A stretch of 54,276 bases of DNA from a virus (IMGVR_UViG_3300034102_000129:1-54276), one strand, 5' to 3'. Numbered from the stretch's first letter, positions 18,138 to 28,159 are shown. Notes: generated from the letters alone by a model not told the origin. Made by a program: numbers and translations.

Positions 18138-20964
18138 CGAAGAAGTTTTCTGGCAGTTCTGACTTAAAGACATAGCAAGACACGGCTGACATGTGTGTGC
18201 CTTGCTTCCATCCTGTAGTCAAACGTTGCTTTTTCTGGTCAACGAGGATGCCAGACTTCCGCCACTCTTCCTCTGCTGCACGGGCGCTGACTTGCAGTCC
18301 CGGCTGCGCCAAAAACTTACGCATCTCGCTCTTGGAGATGTAGTGCAGGTTCTTGTCTGCTTCAATACGCCCCACGATGATGTTGCCGTACGGCTCAGCA
18401 ATCACCTTGTCTTCGTTGAAGATGAGGTAGTTCTTGTGATTGTTATTGAAGAATAGTCCGAACAGTTCCTTGTAGTCGGTGCTGTTGAGACTAAAGATCG
18501 TACGGCGAGACTTGTTCATCTCCTCCATCACGACATCAAATATACGTTGCAAATCTAAGTTGACAATACCCGCAGCAACGGCGATTTCGCCACCAGCAAA
18601 TGAGGTGGCTATTGTATTCTCGTAGAACCTGTAGGCTTCATCAGCCCCGTAACTAGCGCGGAACTTGTCTGACCAGTCGCTGATCACTTCGCGCACTCGC
18701 GGCAAGCCAAGTTTGTATACAGTACGGATAAAATCTGGCCCGGCGTGTCCGTAGTTGTGGTTGAACGGATCAACGATCTTCTTGGAGATAGTCGGGTCTT
18801 CGCTGAACCATTGCGGCTTCTGCAGTCGGAACTCGATGATACGAGCCATCTCGCCGTCTGGACTGTTCTTCAACCCAGACAACTTGTCATAGAGCGACTG
18901 GTTCGTGGTCATGACCGCAATCAATGACGCTGCAAACTCAATCTCACGTTCAGCATTGACGCTCGACTGCATACGTAACTTGGCACGACCTTGCGAAATG
19001 CGGTGAATGAGCCGTGCCAGAAGTTCGTTGGGGATGTTCGTAGCCTCATCAAGCCCAAACAACATGTTCTTGAGAGACAGGTAACGACCGAGCAGAGCAT
19101 TGTCTGTAGCATTACCTTCAGACAGGCTCAGGTAAAACGGGTTACCGAATATGCTAACACCTGCATACATGGAGCCGGTCTTACCCACACCAGATTCCGG
19201 TGACATATACGAAATAGTGCAGCCGGGGGTGTTGGTCAAGGCCATGAGCGGTGAGCCGAACCCTGCCAAAAGTCCCATAGCGTGTAGTTCCAACCCTACA
19301 TGATTGAACGCATTGGCTGACTTCTTCCAGATCTCATAGTCGCCTTCGGGTTTAATGAACTTGGATACGTTTTTGGCAAGCGGGGACGTTGCTGCAGGTT
19401 GCGTGTCTCCGTTGATCAGTATCTCTGTCATGCCAGCAACAAAGCCTTCGTTGTTCTCTGTCCAACCCATCTGCTGCCGCATGACTTCAGCCGCTTTCTG
19501 TAACTGCATATATTCGTCCCATTTGATGATGTATTCGGAAACAAACTTCGCCATAGATGGCATGAAGTTCACGCTGTTAGAACTCAGCAGTTCTTTCATC
19601 TTATCCAGCGCGTAAGCGTATTTGACTGGAAAAATAAACTCTTTCAACGGGTCTTTCGGCATGATGTGTCGCATCAGAAGGCATTCGCCATCCGTAGGGC
19701 TGAACATCCGCTTGACCGGAAAGAAATCGTGCGTCGTGATACGCAGTAGTTCATCGGGTTCTTTCTCACCCGACTCGTTTATTTTCCCACGTTGGAGGAA
19801 GAAGACTCCTCCGTTTCGTCCTCGTACATAGGGGAGGATGGCTGAAGGAAATAACGGAATTTCTTCGGAATTCTCTTGGCCCCGAACTGCGTCCTCCGAA
19901 CTAACTTCTTCAAGCGTTGGAGCCGGTCTGAATTCCCGTCCAAGTTCGATAGGGCCGTAGATTTTTCCTCTGTGGGGACATCCATCGCAGACTCCGGGGT
20001 TTAATTGATTGAACGCTTCGCAACCGTAGGCACTTGTCGCCTTGAGTGTTGATTGTGCTTTTGCTTCGGTCAGTTTCGGGCTGTACTCGGGATGCCCTTT
20101 GGACATCGTATGGATGGCCTCGCCCCCGTCCACGCACCGTATGGCAACGGATAGCCCTGCTCTCCACAAAGGTTCAGCAAGCGTTGCCGCATTGACCAAT
20201 ACATGTTTTATCTGAGCGCAGCCCTCATTACTCTGCAAACTTTTGATTGCAATCGGCTTGAACGTGTATTCGTAGTTATCGAACTTGGCAAGTTTGGCGA
20301 TGATCTCAGTGTCGCTATCTAGCCCCTTGGCAATACCAGACAGTACCGATTCCGTCGTCTGCTCAACCGGCCCCATAAACTCCTTGAACCTATCCCACGA
20401 ATAGACATTGATAAGTTCATCTAAAATACGAGTTTGAGTCCCTTGAGTTTTCTTGTAGTTCGTAGTATTGGGGCAACGCATGACCCGCGCCGTGTCGCCC
20501 ATGACGGCAGGGTCAATCTTGATGTAGTCAAGGCAGAACTTCTTGAACGCCAAGGAGTACTCTTTCCACTCGACGCTCGGGATGTCTTGATCAAAAACCC
20601 AATAGGCGTGGACACCTCCACCGGAGTCCAACCGGACGGGCGGGGGCAGTTTTGATATCTTGATGAAGTCATCTAACGCGGCTAGTGCTTCATCTTTGGT
20701 GGTGTACTTTTTGCTATCTTCACCAACGTCTAGGTCGATGAACAGCGTCCTGCAGTATTCGGCGTTGTCTGCCTTTCGGCTGTAGTTCTGGTAAGTGTTG
20801 GGTGCAAAAAATACGTTTGATTCAGACTGTTTAAGTTCATCGATGATCTCAAGCATGTCGCCAAGTGTTTCAGCAAACCGATTGATGGCCTTGCCATCCT
20901 TGATTCCGGTAACACAGTAAACACCCTGCGACGGTAATGCTTTCTCATAAAATTGTTGTGTCAT
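18121..20964 (-). CDS. primase-helicase (RepB/AEP-like N-terminus, DUF927 helicase domain)
   Basis: LFIDLD, DSGGGVHAYW, ARVMRCP primase motifs; Cys cluster CEAF..CDGCPH; Walker A PESGVGKT and Walker B GLDE; NYGHAG. Start may be ATG 20964 or TTG 20982. Confidence 0.85.
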   Translation of the reverse strand: MTQQFYEKALPSQGVYCVTGIKDGKAINRFAETLGDMLEIIDELKQSESNVFFAPNTYQNYSRKADNAEYCRTLFIDLDVGEDSKKYTTKDEALAALDDFIKISKLPPPVRLDSGGGVHAYWVFDQDIPSVEWKEYSLAFKKFCLDYIKIDPAVMGDTARVMRCPNTTNYKKTQGTQTRILDELINVYSWDRFKEFMGPVEQTTESVLSGIAKGLDSDTEIIAKLAKFDNYEYTFKPIAIKSLQSNEGCAQIKHVLVNAATLAEPLWRAGLSVAIRCVDGGEAIHTMSKGHPEYSPKLTEAKAQSTLKATSAYGCEAFNQLNPGVCDGCPHRGKIYGPIELGREFRPAPTLEEVSSEDAVRGQENSEEIPLFPSAILPYVRGRNGGVFFLQRGKINESGEKEPDELLRITTHDFFPVKRMFSPTDGECLLMRHIMPKDPLKEFIFPVKYAYALDKMKELLSSNSVNFMPSMAKFVSEYIIKWDEYMQLQKAAEVMRQQMGWTENNEGFVAGMTEILINGDTQPAATSPLAKNVSKFIKPEGDYEIWKKSANAFNHVGLELHAMGLLAGFGSPLMALTNTPGCTISYMSPESGVGKTGSMYAGVSIFGNPFYLSLSEGNATDNALLGRYLSLKNMLFGLDEATNIPNELLARLIHRISQGRAKLRMQSSVNAEREIEFAASLIAVMTTNQSLYDKLSGLKNSPDGEMARIIEFRLQKPQWFSEDPTISKKIVDPFNHNYGHAGPDFIRTVYKLGLPRVREVISDWSDKFRASYGADEAYRFYENTIATSFAGGEIAVAAGIVNLDLQRIFDVVMEEMNKSRRTIFSLNSTDYKELFGLFFNNNHKNYLIFNEDKVIAEPYGNIIVGRIEADKNLHYISKSEMRKFLAQPGLQVSARAAEEEWRKSGILVDQKKQRLTTGWKQGTHMSAVSCYVFKSELPENFFDDKGT

Positions 20965-20980
20965 GACCGTTTCCGCAGAC

Positions 20981-21006
20981 AAAAAAGGCGGGGTCGAACC
21001 CCCGCC
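20981..21006 (-). terminator. intrinsic terminator
   Basis: Minus strand GGCGGGG-gTTCGa-CCCCGCC followed by TTTTTT. Confidence 0.8.
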
Positions 21007-21025
21007 AACATAAAAACCTATGATG

Positions 21026-21337
21026 TCAGATTGTGATGCCTACCATTTCCTCTATGTACCTCTTTGCATTGAACAAAGTCGGGGCCGGTAAAAGCCCCTT
21101 CTCCATGTCTTGCTTGACCAAATCCATGAAGACTTCAACTGTCTTGCGCTTGTTCTCTCGCACACCACGACCTCTGAACCACTTATACACGGTCATGCGT
21201 GAAGTCTCCAAAGCACGGGCTACATAGGCGGCAGGAAGGTTTGCCTCGACGCACAGCCTACCTAGTTGCACCCCAAGACGAGTTGGGTCTGCACGTTGTA
21301 AATCAAGTAAAAATTCTTCGCTGTACGAACGTGGCAC
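21026..21337 (-). CDS. HTH (Cro/XRE-like) DNA-binding protein
   Basis: LPAAYVARALETSRMTVYKWFRG helix-turn-helix pattern. Confidence 0.75.
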   Translation of the reverse strand: MPRSYSEEFLLDLQRADPTRLGVQLGRLCVEANLPAAYVARALETSRMTVYKWFRGRGVRENKRKTVEVFMDLVKQDMEKGLLPAPTLFNAKRYIEEMVGITI

Positions 21338-21344
21338 AACAACC

Positions 21345-22187
21345 TCACTTACTAGTCCATTCCTTGATTACGTCAGACACATCCGCTGCCGGAGCAGCAG
21401 TCTGTTTCTTGGTCTCACGCAACTTCGGTTCCTTGGCGGGAGCAGGGGCTGCTGCAGCAGCGACCTCTGTTTCATCGTTCTGATAGACCGTCAGTTTGAT
21501 AGACGCTTCAGCAGTAGCACTCTTGCTCTGACTGGTCAGCGTATCAAGGTCATTCGGATTGATGCCCGACACAGGCGAGAACACCACGCGAGGCACAGGC
21601 GACTTGGTGTCGAACTGCATCTTGGTGATGACCCGACCCGCTGCAATGTTGTGATTGGCAAGCATCTTCACGTATTCACGGAAGGGCCACTTTCCGTTCT
21701 CTTCCTTACCAAACACCGACGTAGCGGGGAGAACCAACTGCATGATGTCGCCACCGGGATCACCCGGCAACACAACTGCCGTACGCCAAGACAGACGGCA
21801 AGCCGTACCGTTACCGCCCTGTCCCGAACCCTTGACCGACATAGGGCAGGACTCACAACGTGCTGCAAGAGGATTCTTTACCTCTGCATCGGGAGTCTCA
21901 GAATTGCTTGACCAACAGACCGGCGCGACCTTCTCACCTTCACGGTACGTGCCGCTGTAGTAAGTACGGCTCGGCTTGTGAGACATCTTCACAAAGATGA
22001 TGTTCATGTGCCGATCTTCGATGGAGCCGATCTCCTTGCCACCGGTCATCTTGCGGAACACGCCACCCTTGATGGAGATGCGCTTGTTACCGCCAAGTGA
22101 ACCACCGGCAATAGCCTTGGTGTCTTCATCCAAGCCGCCAATGAGGGCAAGATCGTTCTTCAAACTGGCAATGATATCTGTACTCAT
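21345..22187 (-). CDS. putative ssDNA-binding/annealing protein with Cys cluster
   Basis: RISIKGGVF, PVCWS, CESCP, GTACR motifs, a flexible A/P-rich tail, and location in the replication module. Confidence 0.55.
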   Translation of the reverse strand: MSTDIIASLKNDLALIGGLDEDTKAIAGGSLGGNKRISIKGGVFRKMTGGKEIGSIEDRHMNIIFVKMSHKPSRTYYSGTYREGEKVAPVCWSSNSETPDAEVKNPLAARCESCPMSVKGSGQGGNGTACRLSWRTAVVLPGDPGGDIMQLVLPATSVFGKEENGKWPFREYVKMLANHNIAAGRVITKMQFDTKSPVPRVVFSPVSGINPNDLDTLTSQSKSATAEASIKLTVYQNDETEVAAAAAPAPAKEPKLRETKKQTAAPAADVSDVIKEWTSK

Positions 22188-22212
22188 AACTGACTCCTAC
22201 TAAATAACTGTG

Positions 22213-22614
22213 TTAACTGACTTTACGAACAGTGATGCCGAACTCGCGCATCACACTCACACCGGGAGGCAACCCGTCATTAGTCCGGTCGGACAAATGC
22301 TGCTTGAAGTTGCTCTGGTGTATACGGCGCTCAAGAAGTTCCACAGCCTCGTTCTCAAGCACGTACTTTCTAAAATTGTCCCAATCGTTGCAGTAGAACC
22401 GCTCACTCAACTTACGGATCACCGTACCGTAAGTCGTCTTGATGCTATCCGCGTTGATGTCATTGCACACGCTAAGAAGCGCGGCCTCAATCTTCGCCAT
22501 ATCTTCTTTAAATCGTGCGTCTTGCGCTTCGTATTCACGCAGAATTTTTTCGCGTTGACCGCGAATGGCAAGATACGCATCTACCATCTGCTCTGTGTTC
22601 ACCGACATGTTCAT
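22213..22614 (-). CDS. conserved phage replication-module protein
   Basis: Coiled-coil N-terminus, IKTTYGTV, DWDNF and LLERRIHQ motifs. Coupled to the helicase gene. Confidence 0.65.
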   Translation of the reverse strand: MNMSVNTEQMVDAYLAIRGQREKILREYEAQDARFKEDMAKIEAALLSVCNDINADSIKTTYGTVIRKLSERFYCNDWDNFRKYVLENEAVELLERRIHQSNFKQHLSDRTNDGLPPGVSVMREFGITVRKVS

Positions 22615-24188
22615 TCCTCCAGTTCTTGTTTATACAAATCCACCAACTTTTGGTGGCTATCCACTTTGCCCTGCAGCATGTTGTACATTTTATTCTCGAC
22701 ATCGGAGCCTTGGAGATGAACCACCGTCATCTTGTTGACTTGTCCGACGCGATCAATACGCGCAACACATTGCAAGTACGTCTCAACACTCATCACGGGC
22801 GACCAAAAGACGACAGTATCTGCAGCCGTCAGCGTAATACCATGTGACGCTGACTGTGGTTGGATGATAAGAATCTTTGGATCGTTTTGTTTCTGAAATC
22901 TGCCAATGATTGCAGTGCGTTCTTTAGGAGATACGGAGCCTTTGATGACTTCGACCGTGTAGTTTTCTCCAAGCAAGAACTTCTCTACAACATCAATAGT
23001 GTGTATGTACGGTACGAATACTACTACCTTGTTATACGTTTCATCAAGCACTTCTTTGAGCGTGTTGAGTCGCGGTGAAATGTCGAACTCAACCACTTCG
23101 CGTGTGTCGGTGTAGACCGCACCACCAGATATCTGTAATAACTTGTTTAGACTAGCCGCTGCATTGACTGCCGAGATCTGTTCTCCGGCGGCTTCAATCA
23201 AGAGTTGACGCTTTAAGTCTTTATAGTAACGCTCGACTTGTGTCGTAAGTGGCACATCGCGTGTCTGATACACAACATCTGGTAGGTCTAAGCATTCGCT
23301 TTTGGTAAAACGAATTGCAGGTTGCAGTGCTTTGTAGACTTCATCCCGCGCATTGAATTTGGGCGACCACTTGAAGCGGCTGATTTGCGTCATCACACGG
23401 TCGCGCCATGCAGTACTATACTTTGGAACGCGCCACGGTGAGATAAGTTTGGCTAGACCAAACGCATCAGTAGGTGACTGAGCCGCAGGCGTGCCGGTCA
23501 TCATCCATAGTCTAGTATTTGGTGTAACCAACTTGGCAAGGGTGCGCCACCGCCGAGTCTGTGTAGATTTGTATGCATTAGCCTCGTCAACAATGATCAG
23601 GTCGAACGCTGCCTTTTCTAGTGCATCGAATACGGTATGCACACCATCGAAGTTGATGATAACGAAGTCGTACTCTGAGTCGATAACCTTCTTACGCTTG
23701 GACGTATCGCCGTGGGCTACGCCGCACGTTCTGTGCATCGCGGTTTTGAAGATGTCGGCTTGCCATGCCGAATACATAATGGACAACGGGCAGATGACCA
23801 GCACACGTTTAATCTGACCTATGTTCATCAGATAGTCAACGGCCCAGATGGCAGCGGATGTCTTACCTGTTCCTGCCTCGTTGAAGCAGAAAGCGCGGGG
23901 GCGCAGACTCAAGAAACTTGCCGTAGTTATTTGATGGCTGAACGGGCGATAGATACCGGGCCACTTATAGTCTCGCGTCATCGGGGAAGGGAACTGTATC
24001 GGTGTCACAGATGCCACATCGGAATAGGTGGCTAACTTGACCATCTCATCATAGTCCCAATACACCACAATCTCTTTCGTGTACTCATTTTCACCAACCA
24101 ACTTGCTGCGCTCAACCGTATCTAATACTTGATCAGCGGCTTGATTAGGCAGTACAACCCTCACTGCTGCGTCTTGAATTATCTGCAT
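22611..24188 (-). CDS. SNF2-family (SF2) helicase
   Basis: Motif I EAGTGKT, motif II IIVDEAN, motif III MTGTP, HGITLT, and motif VI QCVARIDRVGQ. Confidence 0.92.
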   Translation of the reverse strand: MQIIQDAAVRVVLPNQAADQVLDTVERSKLVGENEYTKEIVVYWDYDEMVKLATYSDVASVTPIQFPSPMTRDYKWPGIYRPFSHQITTASFLSLRPRAFCFNEAGTGKTSAAIWAVDYLMNIGQIKRVLVICPLSIMYSAWQADIFKTAMHRTCGVAHGDTSKRKKVIDSEYDFVIINFDGVHTVFDALEKAAFDLIIVDEANAYKSTQTRRWRTLAKLVTPNTRLWMMTGTPAAQSPTDAFGLAKLISPWRVPKYSTAWRDRVMTQISRFKWSPKFNARDEVYKALQPAIRFTKSECLDLPDVVYQTRDVPLTTQVERYYKDLKRQLLIEAAGEQISAVNAAASLNKLLQISGGAVYTDTREVVEFDISPRLNTLKEVLDETYNKVVVFVPYIHTIDVVEKFLLGENYTVEVIKGSVSPKERTAIIGRFQKQNDPKILIIQPQSASHGITLTAADTVVFWSPVMSVETYLQCVARIDRVGQVNKMTVVHLQGSDVENKMYNMLQGKVDSHQKLVDLYKQELEE

Positions 24189-24204
24189 GTCCGTTTCCTG
24201 TTAG

Positions 24205-24368
24205 TTATTAAAAGCCCCTTACGGGGGCCAGTCGTCTGAATCACCGTCTGGAAACACGAGGTGCGAGAGACGGCTTCAGATGGCATGGTTACGCGCCATG
24301 TCTATTAACGCGAGAGGGGGAAGTGGGTGGAAACCCCTCCTACTCCTGCACACTCATGCCTTGTGCGG
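24205..24368 (-). ncRNA. candidate structured cis-regulatory RNA upstream of the SNF2 helicase
   Basis: Five hairpins plus a 6-bp loop-distal pairing (GGCATG/CATGCC) packed into an ORF-free gap. Ends in a GUAA-capped hairpin followed by UUUU. Confidence 0.5.
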
Positions 24369-24370
24369 AA

Positions 24371-24625
24371 TTATTTCATCGCTCCAGTCGATTTGCGACG
24401 GAACGAACGATTCTTGGCGGGTGGCTCTAGCCTAGTGCCATCTTTGTTAGTACCGCCTTTCGACAAGGCTTTCACGTGAGCAACGTCTTTACCTTTGCGG
24501 TTCACGCCTTTCTTGTCGTATGACCGACGCGCTCGTTGACGCTCCATACGGTCGCCGTGTTCGTCACGCTCAACTTGTTGCTTGTACTCTTTTTTGTATG
24601 GTCTTGCTTTATTAACGTAAGGCAT
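24371..24625 (-). CDS. small HNH-like protein
   Basis: GKDVAHVKALSKGGTN...NRS, a degenerate HNH motif in a basic protein. Confidence 0.7.
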   Translation of the reverse strand: MPYVNKARPYKKEYKQQVERDEHGDRMERQRARRSYDKKGVNRKGKDVAHVKALSKGGTNKDGTRLEPPAKNRSFRRKSTGAMK

Positions 24626-25284
24626 CATCGTTCTCCATTAAATCTGCATGTTGTTACTGGACACCATCTGCGGCACAAAAAACCGGGGTTCTCGGGCCAC
24701 ATGTTATTGGCGTACGCCATTTGCAAACGGTTCAAGTCTGGTGTGAATGTTTCCCACAACTTTTGTTGATCTTCTCGCTCGTACTCTTCAAACACCAACG
24801 TATTGTGAGCGACAAACATGAGACTGGCCTTGATAGTTTTAAGGTCGGGGAAGTGGGAATAAGCCATCAACGCCATCAACTTCAACTGATTCGGGTCGGG
24901 GTTCCGTGCGCTACCTGTCTTGTAGTCCACGATGAACGCATGGTCATTGTCTACGATCATCAAGTCTACGATACCGCGTACCCAATACTCAGAGGCATCA
25001 AATGCACAGGGTTGCTTGTTCTGATCCAACGCCATCTGATACTCAGCGTAACGTTCGCCAGAGACAGTGAGCAGCGGGTCAACGAATTTCTTGTATTGTT
25101 GATAGTTTTTTGGCAGAGGACTGCCGTCTCTTACGTAGTCTTCCAACGCCTTGTGTACAGCAGTGCCATAGGTCATCTGCTCAGACACACGCTTGGTATA
25201 GTTTTGTGCAATCTTGACTTCATAGAACTGCCGTGGGCAGTTGATGAAATCCTTCAACCCGCTGAATGACCACTTAATCATCAA
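24625..25284 (-). CDS. PD-(D/E)xK exonuclease (Cas4/RecB-like)
   Basis: WSFS..CPRQ, GTAVH, RGIVDL, IVDYKTG, QLKLMA, and C-terminal CRRWCPVTTC Fe-S-type cysteines. Confidence 0.88.
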   Translation of the reverse strand: MMIKWSFSGLKDFINCPRQFYEVKIAQNYTKRVSEQMTYGTAVHKALEDYVRDGSPLPKNYQQYKKFVDPLLTVSGERYAEYQMALDQNKQPCAFDASEYWVRGIVDLMIVDNDHAFIVDYKTGSARNPDPNQLKLMALMAYSHFPDLKTIKASLMFVAHNTLVFEEYEREDQQKLWETFTPDLNRLQMAYANNMWPENPGFLCRRWCPVTTCRFNGER

Positions 25285-25759
25285 ACCTACCTGCCATCAC
25301 TTCGTTGTAGTCGAACAATTTATCAAAGCATTCGTCTATGCGTACGACTTCTTCGCTGTAACCTTCAACTATGTTGTTGTAGGTAAACGCCTTTTGGGGA
25401 ACCTTGATCCCGCCACGATAGAAATCCCAACCCTTTGCAGTCGGCCTCCACAGGCCGCTATATTTTGCGCCACCTTCATTGGGATTCTTGGGGCAACGTT
25501 CGACAAGTCCCCAAGATGTTAAAATAGGAAGTTGATTGCTGCGAATGACAAATCGTGGGCCTGTGTTCGGCACATCGATCCAATCGTTGCCTGTCCGTGC
25601 CTTCTCTTGGCACAACCAGATCAACGACTTCGCCATCGTCTTGTTCAAGATACGAGCGTAGACCTTGCCCCACCGATCACAGACAGGGCAGTGGCCCCCG
25701 TCCTTTTCAGTCATCCCTCTCCACCTTTTTCGCAGCGTATGCACTGTGTCCAAAAACAT
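25274..25759 (-). CDS. hypothetical protein with CPVC zinc knuckle
   Basis: GHCPVCDRWGK. GGAGA RBS before ATG 25759. Fills the gap between polA and the nuclease. Confidence 0.65.
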   Translation of the reverse strand: MFLDTVHTLRKRWRGMTEKDGGHCPVCDRWGKVYARILNKTMAKSLIWLCQEKARTGNDWIDVPNTGPRFVIRSNQLPILTSWGLVERCPKNPNEGGAKYSGLWRPTAKGWDFYRGGIKVPQKAFTYNNIVEGYSEEVVRIDECFDKLFDYNEVMAGRFDD

Positions 25760-25760
25760 G

Positions 25761-27620
25761 TCAGCACTCTCCGTAGGATTGTCCAAACTTGGCCTCGCAA
25801 GCCACCGGTAGCCCCGCCGCCCAAGCCGGGGGCGTAGACATAATACTAGTAATGTATACTAATGCGTCCTGTAATTCACTAGTGGGTACAACACAAACTG
25901 CGGCATCGTGGACGGTCAAGACGGGTCGGTACCGCTTATTTATCTGAAGCATCTGTTCACCCACGATGATACGGGCCAGCGCCTGAACGATGTTTTCTAC
26001 CATCGCGCCGCCCCAGATACTTACCTTGCCCTTCCGAGATTCGTAAAAGTACTGCCGGTTTTCTAACGTTAACTTGGGATAACGCATGTACAACCCATTT
26101 GGTAGCCGGATACCGTGTGCGCTAACCCACACAGCGTTATGTTCGCCAAGGGTGTACTCCTGCGAACCCGTAGGCCATGCCGCCAAATGCCCCAAAGCGT
26201 TATCACACTCGCGCCAAAGGGCGGGAATTTTATCGTTCTCCTGCCGGTAAAGATCTACGATACGCTTTGCTTCATCCTCGCTGACAACAGCGCCGGGCGG
26301 CTGCGTCTTCAAAGTATGTCTTAATTTCGCTGCGCCAGTGCCATACCCTAGTCCGAGGATACAAGTCTTGCCGACAAAGCGTTCGACCGGATTGGCCTTG
26401 CTGATGGGCTGCTTATAGATCTTGGACGCGAAGACGCTATACACATCCTCACCGTTGGCGAACTGCTTGACCACATCGTCCTGTCCTGCAAGCCACGCCA
26501 AGACCCGCGCCTCGATCTGTGATGAGTCGCAGTTGATGACGTAGTGACCTGCCGGGGCCATGATGGCGTTCTTCAACGCCTTCTTTTTCTTGTCACGGCT
26601 AGGCAGGTTCTGCAGGTTCACGGAGTCAAGCCCAGACCACCGACCTGTGTGTGCGCCGTAATACTTCAGCGGGATGGGCAGCAGCCCCTTGTTCCTAGCA
26701 CCGATGCCGATGAACCGCTCGACACGCGACTCCTCGATGGTGGACTTAGTACCCAGACGCACCGCGCAAAGGTGTTGGACAACGGGGTCATCGTGTTCTT
26801 GAAGTGTGATGAAGCCTTCATCGTTCTTGGCGAGAGCATAGGTCTCCTTGCCCGTGGTCAGGCTCGTCTTCATGGGCGGCTCGATACCGAACGAGCGCAG
26901 CACCTCAGCAAACTGCGGGTTGCTTGCCAACTTGGCGCGGACTTCTTCCTCTGTACCAACCTTCAGCACGTCCATGAGGCTACGCAAGAGCGCGGCCTTC
27001 TCTTGTCTAATCTCATCTAAGCGATCTACAAGCAGCGCGTCGTTGATACGCAGCACGGGTTGGGTGTACATACGCAGCGTCATGTCGATCAGATGCAACT
27101 CGGATGTAGGGAAACCTTCAGCCAGAAGTGCGTTGAACAACTTGAACGTAAGTTGAGTATCGTTGATGCAGTATGCGCCGTAACGCGCTAAGTCTTCTGG
27201 CGTGAAGTCTTTGCGGTACTTGCCCAGAGCGTTGATGACCTCGGTACCCTTCTCGCCCAACTGATACCGCTCAGCCAGAGCCTTGAGAGAGCCACCCGCA
27301 TCCACGCCATGAATGGCACGAGCCATGCACAGCGTATCGAAATACTTAGCCGGGACGATGCCGTACGTGAACGCCAAGATAGCCCCATCAAAGAGCATGT
27401 TATGACAGAGCAGTGCGCTGTTTGCCCAGTCGATCTTGTCGAGATACGCCTTGACCTCGGCCTTGGTACCGCTGAACCACTCAGGTTCACCATCGTCAAT
27501 CTTTACGCTGACACCGATGACCTCAAAGCGCGGGTCGCGGATGTACTCCTCCGTTGTCATACGAGACAGGGAGAAGTCCTTGGCGTAGTACGTCTCGAAA
27601 TCAAGCGTAACAAAACTCAT
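25761..27620 (-). CDS. polA: DNA polymerase family A (3'-5' exonuclease plus polymerase)
   Basis: ExoI TLDFETY, HTGRWSG, NLQNLP, motif A DSSQIEAR, motif B RFVGKTCILGLGYG, motif C TVHDA. Confidence 0.95.
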   Translation of the reverse strand: MSFVTLDFETYYAKDFSLSRMTTEEYIRDPRFEVIGVSVKIDDGEPEWFSGTKAEVKAYLDKIDWANSALLCHNMLFDGAILAFTYGIVPAKYFDTLCMARAIHGVDAGGSLKALAERYQLGEKGTEVINALGKYRKDFTPEDLARYGAYCINDTQLTFKLFNALLAEGFPTSELHLIDMTLRMYTQPVLRINDALLVDRLDEIRQEKAALLRSLMDVLKVGTEEEVRAKLASNPQFAEVLRSFGIEPPMKTSLTTGKETYALAKNDEGFITLQEHDDPVVQHLCAVRLGTKSTIEESRVERFIGIGARNKGLLPIPLKYYGAHTGRWSGLDSVNLQNLPSRDKKKKALKNAIMAPAGHYVINCDSSQIEARVLAWLAGQDDVVKQFANGEDVYSVFASKIYKQPISKANPVERFVGKTCILGLGYGTGAAKLRHTLKTQPPGAVVSEDEAKRIVDLYRQENDKIPALWRECDNALGHLAAWPTGSQEYTLGEHNAVWVSAHGIRLPNGLYMRYPKLTLENRQYFYESRKGKVSIWGGAMVENIVQALARIIVGEQMLQINKRYRPVLTVHDAAVCVVPTSELQDALVYITSIMSTPPAWAAGLPVACEAKFGQSYGEC

Positions 27621-28159
27621 GGGTCAACGCTCCATGTCTCCGTCTGCCGTTGCAACTTAGGCCACGCAACCTCGGTCGTGAAAGACTTATCCTTCACAAG
27701 AACATGGTTTGTTGGCTGCGCTGTGAATCTGCCGTTGTCTAACTTGACGAAATAAAACTCTTTGGATTGCTCTGGCTCTAGGCTGAACCCATCAAGCATA
27801 GGTACCGCCGTGAACATATACCGACCTTCATGCTCTGTCTTGTCTCGTAATTTTATTCGCATCGGCACGGCTTCAAGAAACGGATACTCCACTACACTGA
27901 ATTGATGCCCGTAGCAGTCCCAAGTTTGAGCGTCCCACGGTTCCCACCCTACGTCGTTGACCCTGTGCGCCATGTGATGAAGCGGTACGTTACGATATAC
28001 CGCTCCGCACTCCAACATGACGTGACATCCCCACGTTCTGCCGGGATGACTGACCAGACCAAACCACGCCACACGCTCCCAACCATCGTTGCCAAAAACG
28101 TTTGGTTCTACGTAGCAATATGTATGTCGGGGTAACGGCCCCGCCCCTGAGTAAATCAT
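27617..28159 (-). CDS. conserved hypothetical phage protein
   Basis: 180 aa with GAVYRNVP, WDCYG and LDNGRFTAQPTN motifs. Coupled at both ends. Confidence 0.65.
   Translation of the reverse strand: MIYSGAGPLPRHTYCYVEPNVFGNDGWERVAWFGLVSHPGRTWGCHVMLECGAVYRNVPLHHMAHRVNDVGWEPWDAQTWDCYGHQFSVVEYPFLEAVPMRIKLRDKTEHEGRYMFTAVPMLDGFSLEPEQSKEFYFVKLDNGRFTAQPTNHVLVKDKSFTTEVAWPKLQRQTETWSVDP

Noticed and set aside
24625-25284. Cas4-like nuclease as evidence of a CRISPR system
   Set aside because: Stand-alone PD-(D/E)xK nucleases are routine in phage replication modules, and no other cas genes are present.
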